33,023 bases of DNA from a virus. Taxonomy: Duplodnaviria; Caudoviricetes. The notes below the pieces were generated by a model. It was not told the DNA's origin and did not search any database. It saw only the letters and a program-made list of their open reading frames with translations. A program made the position numbers and the translations under genes. This document shows, piece by piece, positions 26,789 through 33,023 of this stretch. The first letter of the stretch is position 1, and each line of letters begins with the position of its first letter. The stretch spans positions 1-33,023 of the IMG/VR virus record IMGVR_UViG_3300025508_000085, one strand, 5' to 3'.

Positions 26789-27611
26789 AGTTCTTTACTA
26801 ATTTCCAATAGTTTAAAATGCTGTTAAACATTTCTGTATGTTTTGTTTGAGAGTCTCTATCCCATATATGACAGGCTATAAGTTCTTTGTCTTGACGATC
26901 AACAAATATAGATACTCGTTCTACATCATCAAAACCACAGCCTTGAGCATAGGCTGACAACTGCATACCATGTTCATCATATACTAAACGAGCAGGGTCT
27001 TTACCAAATAGATTATCTTTAGTTTTAAAGTCTACAAAGATACCAGACTTAGAATATAAATCTATCTTACCACCATAACCTAAGTCAGAACAGAAAGAAT
27101 CTTCTGCTATCCAGTCTTCATCCGGAAAGTTTTCATCTAACCAAGACCGTATTATCTCATAGGTTGGATTTGTTTCTTCGCCTAAGAAACCTCGTTCAAT
27201 CATTGCATGAATCTTAGTTCCTTCTTCTGCAGCTTCTTGTCCTATCCTTTTAGAATCTTGTTTACACCTGTAAGCAAACTCCTCAAGAGATTCATCTTCT
27301 TCTTTCTCTAACATAAGTGCAGAGTTTAATGCTTGATTAATCTTCCAGTTTTCTAATCCGGGTTTGGCTACCAGACTTAGTACAGTAGTAACCGATGGTA
27401 CTAAGTTATCTTTCTTGGCATCACGTAATGTAGTGTTACGTTCTTTACCATTAGCACCTACAATAGTATACATTGGTTCGCCTTCTTGCGTATACCAATG
27501 CCCTGATTCGGCTGATTTTTTCTTAGCCGACAACTTATTATATACTTCTTGACTGGTTGTGTCAAGAGGTTTTGTTTTATTTTTAGAAATTAAATTCGCC
27601 TTGTTTGGCAT
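26769..27611 (-). CDS. PD-(D/E)XK family exonuclease
   Basis: GGAGG RBS; PSVTTVL, GTKIH, YGGKIDL, VDFKT and QLSAY motifs. Confidence 0.8.
   Translation of the reverse strand: MPNKANLISKNKTKPLDTTSQEVYNKLSAKKKSAESGHWYTQEGEPMYTIVGANGKERNTTLRDAKKDNLVPSVTTVLSLVAKPGLENWKINQALNSALMLEKEEDESLEEFAYRCKQDSKRIGQEAAEEGTKIHAMIERGFLGEETNPTYEIIRSWLDENFPDEDWIAEDSFCSDLGYGGKIDLYSKSGIFVDFKTKDNLFGKDPARLVYDEHGMQLSAYAQGCGFDDVERVSIFVDRQDKELIACHIWDRDSQTKHTEMFNSILNYWKLVKNYESKKI
27537..27565 (-). promoter_or_regulatory. Perfect-consensus sigma70 promoter inside the exonuclease 5' region
   Basis: The minus strand reads TTGACA-caaccagtcaagaagta (17)-TATAAT. Confidence 0.8.
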
Positions 27612-27990
27612 TAGCTACCTCCTGTATAATAGTTTTATTTTTTCTAACGTGTGGCATGTAATCTCTTTCTTCCCATGTTTTAATGCTATGGCAGTTTTGA
27701 CAACGTACTTCACACTTTCTTATTTCATTAAACAAATCTTTAATGTACTGTCTGTTTTTTACTTTATCAGTCGGAGTAATCCGGCATACTAAAGTACTCA
27801 TATTAGCTCCGCTTTTAGAAGCATCTAATAATATTGTTTTTTCTTCTCTTACTTTGTGGTCAAAGCAAAGTGCTTTTGGATGTTTATTGTAGCCACAATC
27901 TATACATCCTTTACTAAGTTTATATTTATTAATCCGTCTGTATCTGTTATCACGGAGATATTTTCTGTATTCATCACTAGTGAGTGTCAC
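27583..27990 (-). CDS. HNH-like (His-Me finger) zinc endonuclease
   Basis: GTG with GGAGG RBS; CIDCG...FDH...EIRKCEVRCQNCH. Confidence 0.7.
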   Translation of the reverse strand: MTLTSDEYRKYLRDNRYRRINKYKLSKGCIDCGYNKHPKALCFDHKVREEKTILLDASKSGANMSTLVCRITPTDKVKNRQYIKDLFNEIRKCEVRCQNCHSIKTWEERDYMPHVRKNKTIIQEVANAKQGEFNF

Positions 27991-29707
27991 TCCAGTTACC
28001 TCCTACTTTATATTCGCCATCCATTGGACAGCGTAGATTAAAATGTTCACCTGCTTCTATAATACTTTTGACTGCAGTCTCTCCAACAAAATCTGCTTGA
28101 GATTCTTTGACTTCAATCTGCCACTCATCATGTATGTTAGCAACAAATCTATAATCAATAGCGTTTAGTTTTAACACACTGTCTAAGTCTACTAATGCTT
28201 TCTTCATTAAGATAGCACCTGCTCCTTGCAATAAGGTATTAAGTGCAGCATGTTTGTTTCTTATATACAGCTTCCTACCATCTAATCCTTTGAGGTAATT
28301 TTTTGAAGCTGCTCTGTCAACTCGTTCCTTAAGAGTTCGGTATGTTGGGAGACTACTAAGAAAGCGTTCTCGCAACCTCTTACCTTCTGCTCTGCTTCCT
28401 TTAATGATGCTTCCAATCTTCTCATCTCCTGCTCCGTAAACGAGTGCGTAGATGAAAGTTTTAGCCTGATCTCTTGATTTAAGTCCAGCAAAGTTTTGGT
28501 TAGTCGTGTGAATGTCTCCATTAATAATTTCATTTATATACTCCTTGTCGTCCATGTAATGTGCTAACATGCGTAGCTCTAATCCACTTGCATCTACACC
28601 TACAAGCTTATGTCCTTCTGGTACAGTCCAACATGCTCTACATTCCTTACCGTATGGGCTATGAACTGAGGGAACTTGAGCAACGTTAGGGTTTCTATGT
28701 GACATCCTGCCGGTAATAGTACCGTTGGGAATAACAAAACCATGTATCCTACCATCATCCCTGACAGCTTCTACCCAAGAGTCAATCTGAGCTATACGCT
28801 TTTGTAATAGTAAAAAGTCTGCAATTAATTTAGCTTCATGGATATGTGTAATCTTGGATAATGTTTTCTCATCTACAATAGGTTGACCAGTGGGTGTAAA
28901 TCTATCTGGATTCCAACCAAAGTCAATAAGATATTCTCCAATCTGTTTACGAGAACCAAGATTAAACTCTTGTAAAGTTTGTCGCATGAAAGGATTGAAG
29001 TTGTTTGTATCTAAACAACGTTGATATTCTTCATCAGTCATACCACGCTTAGATAGATTACCATCTTTCTTGATGTAGGGTGTGACTTGTTTTGTGTCTA
29101 CCCACTTAGGTTTAAATGTGGAATGAACCTCGTCTTCAATCTGTTGTTTCTTTTCTCTTAGTTCTGCTAGTAACGTAAGTGCTGATTGCATATCAAAAGC
29201 AAAACCATCTTGCTCCTGTTGTTTCATAATCTTAGCAACACCTTGTTCAAGATCAATACAATCTTTCTTAAACCCTCGTGACTCCTTACGAAGTTCTTGT
29301 AAAACTTTAGTATTAAGTTCTACATCTCTTACACAATAGGTCAACATATCCTCAGAGTAGTTTAAGTAATCTTCAAACTCAATCTTAGGATAGCCTAACT
29401 TGTATCCCCAAGTCTCAAGACTGTGCCCACCATCACGTGTTGGATTAAATAGTCTGGATAAAACTAAAGTATCAATAACTATCTTATCACTTAGGTCTAC
29501 ATTACCAAACTTTTCTACCAGAGGTATGTCAAATCCAATAATGTTGTGACCGATAAGTGTATCTGCTGTTGTCAAAAACTGATATCCTTCTTCTAGTTTG
29601 TCAGGTGGGAACTTAAATACCTCACCGGATACTGGATTCTGTGCAACAATACACCATACCTTTGTTGCGTTCAGATCATCAGTCTCTATATCAAATACTA
29701 ATTCCAT
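27977..29707 (-). CDS. Family A DNA polymerase, T7-like, with 3'-5' exonuclease
   Basis: FDIET (ExoI), GHNIIGFD (ExoII), YCVRD (ExoIII), GVDASGLELR (motif A), RDQAKTFIYALVYG (motif B), NIHDE (motif C). Confidence 0.95.
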   Translation of the reverse strand: MELVFDIETDDLNATKVWCIVAQNPVSGEVFKFPPDKLEEGYQFLTTADTLIGHNIIGFDIPLVEKFGNVDLSDKIVIDTLVLSRLFNPTRDGGHSLETWGYKLGYPKIEFEDYLNYSEDMLTYCVRDVELNTKVLQELRKESRGFKKDCIDLEQGVAKIMKQQEQDGFAFDMQSALTLLAELREKKQQIEDEVHSTFKPKWVDTKQVTPYIKKDGNLSKRGMTDEEYQRCLDTNNFNPFMRQTLQEFNLGSRKQIGEYLIDFGWNPDRFTPTGQPIVDEKTLSKITHIHEAKLIADFLLLQKRIAQIDSWVEAVRDDGRIHGFVIPNGTITGRMSHRNPNVAQVPSVHSPYGKECRACWTVPEGHKLVGVDASGLELRMLAHYMDDKEYINEIINGDIHTTNQNFAGLKSRDQAKTFIYALVYGAGDEKIGSIIKGSRAEGKRLRERFLSSLPTYRTLKERVDRAASKNYLKGLDGRKLYIRNKHAALNTLLQGAGAILMKKALVDLDSVLKLNAIDYRFVANIHDEWQIEVKESQADFVGETAVKSIIEAGEHFNLRCPMDGEYKVGGNWSDTH

Positions 29708-31377
29708 TAGAATCCTTCGTCTCCAGAGTTATCAAACTCTATATCATCGTTAGTTAATTCAGATAGTCTACCGGTCTCGGCATCATAGATAACTCTAGCT
29801 GCCATACCTACATCACCTGTGTATCTTGATTTAAGAACACGTAGCCTTGTAGTCCTAGCTTCGTCTGGGTCGTCTGATTGTTGATTACGTTCTAATGCAA
29901 TAACACAATCGGATAGTTGACCAATACTATTAGAGCCACGTAGATGAGATAGACTTACTTCAATTCCATTCTCGTGTCCTTTGTTACCATCGACACGTCT
30001 AAGATGAGACACAAGTATAATACCTGCACCTGTCTCTTCAACTAAACTTCTTAGCCTAGTCATAATTGCATCAATGGCTCGTCTCTCATCACCTTCATGC
30101 ACTGCACTGACTAGCATATGTAAGTGATCGACCACTATCCATTTGCAATCACAGCCAATAATCATAAAGCGAAGCTTAGTAAAGATATCATCAATGTCGT
30201 TGGTGCCAAAGTGTGAGTGAACCCATACTCTGTTTTTGTTCTCACCATCGTACAAGATGTCAAACATCTTATCAAGTTCTTCTTTAGAAAACTTCTCACG
30301 TTCTTGGTCAATGTATAATCTAGCGTTAGCTTCAATAGAAAGTATACCATCAATGGTACGTCTCCAATCTTCTTCTAATGCTATGATACCTACGTTGTCC
30401 TGTGTTTGTTTGACAAGCCAATGCTCTATCTCTCTGGTCACACTAGACTTACCAAGTCCTGTTCCACCTGTAAGAGTTACAAGTTCACCCTGTCGTAAGC
30501 CATACAGCTTCTTGTTTAATCCTTCATAAGGATAGGGAACACTTTGTTTCTTCTCACGATTATGAAACTTCTCACGTTGCTCAGTAACATTTATAACACC
30601 AGATGGTGTGTAAACTTTACTCGCCCACCACGCTTCAACAAAATCTTTATGTCTGTTGTCACGAAGCATATCGTTAGGGTCTTTGAAGCCATTAGGAAGT
30701 GTGAGTATCCTAGCCTTGCCGGGCTTGAAAAGTCTAGCAACTTTAACTGCTGCATCCTTTCCTGCCTTGTCATTATCAAATGCGACAATAACATTTTCAA
30801 AATCATCAAAGAACTCTAAGCTTTCCTTGATGTCTCTGACTGCACCCTGTGCACCACGCTTGATGGATACGACTGCCCACTTACTACCAAGTAGTTCGTA
30901 AGCTGCCATCGCATCACACTCCCCTTCGGTTATCGTGACATACTTGCCACTCTTAAACAACTGTTGACCAAACAATCCGGTCTCGTTATAACTACCAGAT
31001 ACAAAGAAGTCTTTACTTAAAGAGTTTCTACATTTGGTAGCTGACAATTCGTGTCCGTTGTAATACGGATAGAAATGTTTAATGACCTGACCTTTAAGGT
31101 CTTGGACAGCTTTGACCCCAAACTTCTGTGCAGTTGCTTGAGATATTTTTCTATCAGTTAATGCAATGAAGTTACCTTCGGCTACATTATCTGGTTGTTT
31201 GGTTTGTGTTGGTTGTGATTGTGTCATAGTTTTTCCGTTACATGCTTGTTCATAGTTAGGCATAAATTCTCCACAACTGAAACACTTTGCCGAGCCATCT
31301 TGATTGACTCCTACAGCATCACTGCTGTTGCAAAGTGGACAGGGTTGTTTCAACTTATCCCACGTTGTATCGTTCAT
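29707..31377 (-). CDS. T7 gp4-like primase-helicase
   Basis: Start at 31377 (GAGGAGG RBS); CPLC...CFSC zinc domain, TEGECDA and FDND TOPRIM, GGTGLGKS Walker A, VVDHL, LRGSNSIGQLSD, acidic tail ending in Phe. Confidence 0.95.
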   Translation of the reverse strand: MNDTTWDKLKQPCPLCNSSDAVGVNQDGSAKCFSCGEFMPNYEQACNGKTMTQSQPTQTKQPDNVAEGNFIALTDRKISQATAQKFGVKAVQDLKGQVIKHFYPYYNGHELSATKCRNSLSKDFFVSGSYNETGLFGQQLFKSGKYVTITEGECDAMAAYELLGSKWAVVSIKRGAQGAVRDIKESLEFFDDFENVIVAFDNDKAGKDAAVKVARLFKPGKARILTLPNGFKDPNDMLRDNRHKDFVEAWWASKVYTPSGVINVTEQREKFHNREKKQSVPYPYEGLNKKLYGLRQGELVTLTGGTGLGKSSVTREIEHWLVKQTQDNVGIIALEEDWRRTIDGILSIEANARLYIDQEREKFSKEELDKMFDILYDGENKNRVWVHSHFGTNDIDDIFTKLRFMIIGCDCKWIVVDHLHMLVSAVHEGDERRAIDAIMTRLRSLVEETGAGIILVSHLRRVDGNKGHENGIEVSLSHLRGSNSIGQLSDCVIALERNQQSDDPDEARTTRLRVLKSRYTGDVGMAARVIYDAETGRLSELTNDDIEFDNSGDEGF

Positions 31378-31395
31378 GTTAGCCCTCCTCACAGA

Positions 31396-31695
31396 CTATG
31401 TGGTTTCTTTTGCTACTTTAGATTCGTCCTCTATAGTTTCTGGGTCGTCTCCTACGAACTGACCTTTCTCGTTACGAGCAGATTCAGTTTCAACGATTGC
31501 TTCGTCTCTATCTTTAAGAAGTCCTTCTAAGTTAGCACGATGTGTACGACTTGCAAAGTCTAAAGCTTCTATGATAACTTGTAAGTTACCTACTTTCTGT
31601 ACTATAACAGTAGCTTCTTGCTTTACTTTGTCGTCACTAATGTTGTTGACATCATAAGAGTTGTTACTGTCGTCATTATTAATAGTAATAATCAT
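31396..31695 (-). CDS. Hypothetical acidic protein (99 aa)
   Basis: GAGGAG RBS; abuts the SSB stop; contains ARNEKGQFVGDDPET. Confidence 0.6.
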   Translation of the reverse strand: MIITINNDDSNNSYDVNNISDDKVKQEATVIVQKVGNLQVIIEALDFASRTHRANLEGLLKDRDEAIVETESARNEKGQFVGDDPETIEDESKVAKETT

Positions 31696-32109
31696 TTAGA
31701 ACTCCTCGTTATCAGTGTCACCTTCAACATATTCTATTAAGTTCTCAACCTTTACAGCCATGAGTTCAGCGAATTGTCCGAAGTCATTCTTGTAAGGTTT
31801 AATCTTAACAGTTACTTCTGAACCATTACCCACACTAACATCAATAGGTTCACCATCAACGTTAATTAACTTAGGTGCAGTATTAGCTACCCCATCGTTA
31901 TTGGCTGCTCTTTTACTAAAAGTAAATGCCGGTTCATCATACTTAGGCTGTCCTGCTCTGTCCTTAACTTGATTAAGACCAATGCCTTCAAGTTTTGCTG
32001 CAGTATCTGCATCTGTTAAAACAGTCAAGCCATACTTGTGAGGTTGAAACCTCGTGTTTGGCGATGTGATGTTTGCCCACATTGCCTTTCCTTTTACATA
32101 CTCATACAT
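31696..32109 (-). CDS. ssDNA-binding protein, T7 gp2.5-like
   Basis: Start at 32109 (GGAGG RBS); GKAMWA...P, VGNGSEV, L.AVKV.NLIEY, acidic tail ending EEF; sits upstream of the helicase. Confidence 0.75.
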   Translation of the reverse strand: MYEYVKGKAMWANITSPNTRFQPHKYGLTVLTDADTAAKLEGIGLNQVKDRAGQPKYDEPAFTFSKRAANNDGVANTAPKLINVDGEPIDVSVGNGSEVTVKIKPYKNDFGQFAELMAVKVENLIEYVEGDTDNEEF

Positions 32110-32144
32110 AATTATTCCTCCATCGGTTTGTATTAAGTGCACAC

Positions 32145-32173
32145 ATTATATCATACTTTGATGATAAAGTAAA
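32145..32173 (-). promoter_or_regulatory. sigma70 promoter for the replication operon
   Basis: TTTACT-17 bp-TATAAT with extended -10 TGn; intergenic, ~35 bp upstream of the SSB start. Confidence 0.75.
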
Positions 32174-32183
32174 GTGTTTGGTT

Positions 32184-32227
32184 AAAAAAGTTAAGCCGGT
32201 TTTAGCTTGGCACAAGACCGGAAACTT
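32184..32227 (-). terminator. Putative intrinsic terminator
   Basis: Minus strand AAGTT.CCGGTCTTG-tgc-CAAG(ctaaa)ACCGG...AACTT running into a T6 tract. Confidence 0.5.
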
Positions 32228-32231
32228 GTAG

Positions 32232-32274
32232 ATATTATAAGTTAAATAAAGGAGGGCAAAACTTCTTATAATAT
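32232..32274 (-). ncRNA. Putative structured RNA element with anti-SD loop
   Basis: A perfect 10-bp inverted repeat ATATTATAAG/CTTATAATAT encloses a loop reading GCCCUCCUUU on the transcribed minus strand. Confidence 0.4.
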
Positions 32275-32281
32275 ACCTCAA

Positions 32282-32479
32282 TTAATTTCTGATAGCAGTT
32301 AGTATTTCTTCCCAAAATGTAAGTGGAGTATCATCCAGATGTACTATAAAAGTATCGTCTAGTTTGTCCACCACATGCCCTACATTTGGATAGTTTTCAG
32401 TCATATACAATCCAAACTTCCTGTACTCATCACGAGTAAGTAGTTCTGTATTGTATTGTTTTTTTTCTAATGAATACAT
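32282..32479 (-). CDS. Hypothetical protein (65 aa), probably leaderless
   Basis: The ATG at 32479 lies 7 nt after a TATAAT and has no SD; the longer track start falls inside the promoter. Confidence 0.6.
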   Translation of the reverse strand: MYSLEKKQYNTELLTRDEYRKFGLYMTENYPNVGHVVDKLDDTFIVHLDDTPLTFWEEILTAIRN

Positions 32480-32486
32480 AAGTTGT

Positions 32487-32515
32487 ATTATACCACAGAT
32501 TAATTGTAAATGCAA
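32487..32515 (-). promoter_or_regulatory. sigma70 promoter
   Basis: TTGCAT-17 bp-TATAAT with extended -10 TGn. Confidence 0.75.
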
Positions 32516-32518
32516 CCT

Positions 32519-33022
32519 TTAAATGTTAATTGTGAAAGGTAATGTACACCCTGTCATAGTGACTGGATTATCAAACTCTAAATCCATTACATAATTAAAG
32601 GTAGCTTGTTTAACTTTGTTAGGTATCTTACCCTCATATCTAACATCAGTTACATTACCTTCAAAGAGATCATAGATAACTGTAAACTTTAAAGTTCTTT
32701 TAATTGTAATGTTATCTATGTAATATCCATAAGGTCTAGGTGAACTAACTTTAGGACATACAATAGGCTCTGGTGTTACCTCTGGTTGTCCTGTTACTTG
32801 TGTTCCTGTAAGCACACCGAATCCAGCATTAACACCTAAGTCTGGCTCTGGCTCTGTCTCTATATACTTTTCAATAACTACAGTTGCAACCGGTGGTTTG
32901 TTTAAGCGTTCATCTAAATCATTTAAGATTCTATAAATCTCTGAGTTAGTTTCTTCCATTACATCTAGTCTGTCTGATAAATCAACTAAAGAATTACGAT
33001 AGCTTTCTCTGGTAGATTCTAT
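32519..33022 (-). CDS. TonB C-terminal-like domain protein (5' end outside the window)
   Basis: The frame is open to the window edge. Coiled coil, then a Pro/Glu linker (TEPEPD, QPEVTPEP), then V.YDL..GNVTDVRY...VKQAT..YV..LEF...LPF.I, which resembles the TonB_C pattern. Confidence 0.45.
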   Translation of the reverse strand: MESTRESYRNSLVDLSDRLDVMEETNSEIYRILNDLDERLNKPPVATVVIEKYIETEPEPDLGVNAGFGVLTGTQVTGQPEVTPEPIVCPKVSSPRPYGYYIDNITIKRTLKFTVIYDLFEGNVTDVRYEGKIPNKVKQATFNYVMDLEFDNPVTMTGCTLPFTINI

Positions 33023-33023
33023 T

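Noticed and set aside
31215-31245. Internal start (MTQSQP) producing a T7 gp4B-like helicase-only form
   Set aside because: The position after the zinc domain is suggestive, but the upstream sequence has only a weak GGA, so it cannot be supported.
31670-31700. Fur-box-like AATGATTATTACTATT
   Set aside because: Only about 12/19 match, lies in coding sequence in an AT-rich genome, and has no adjacent promoter.
32232-32274. TATAAT on both arms of the inverted repeat as promoters
   Set aside because: No -35 at 16-18 bp spacing and no TGn extension on either strand.
1-33023. tRNA/rRNA genes, integrase, transposase, reverse transcriptase or DGR
   Set aside because: The window is almost fully tiled by CDSs and I saw no corresponding motifs.

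Overview
A 33 kb piece of an AT-rich, probably marine, lytic dsDNA tailed phage (podovirus-like) with two convergent arms that meet with no gap at 22432/22433. The + arm (1-22432) is a virion, lysis and envelope module. It encodes a 5'-truncated tail fibre, two glycine-rich (polyglycine-II type) adhesin-like paralogues followed by two 2OG-Fe(II) oxygenases, repeat-rich putative internal/ejection proteins and a 1899-aa giant. It continues with holin-like membrane proteins, two secreted low-complexity proteins, an inserted iscU auxiliary gene and a membrane-anchored coiled coil. The - arm is a T7-like replication module: SSB, primase-helicase, Tyr762-type family A DNA polymerase, HNH, PD-(D/E)XK exonuclease, endonuclease I-like protein, DUF3310-like protein and class Ia RNR. 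It is preceded by a TonB-C-like protein. Four near-consensus sigma70 promoters suggest transcription by host RNA polymerase. The most striking unexplained signal is a motif R-x-x-[FYL]-x-x-G-G-x-[VI]. It occurs five times in the giant protein, at the borders of appended modules (unknown domain, SAM methyltransferase, lysozyme-like domain), and again at the N-terminus of another virion protein. This suggests a di-glycine-delimited polyprotein or cargo-loading system. Also notable is a structured 3'-UTR RNA with an anti-Shine-Dalgarno loop that matches the primase-helicase RBS. All family assignments come from motif recognition by eye; no searches were run.
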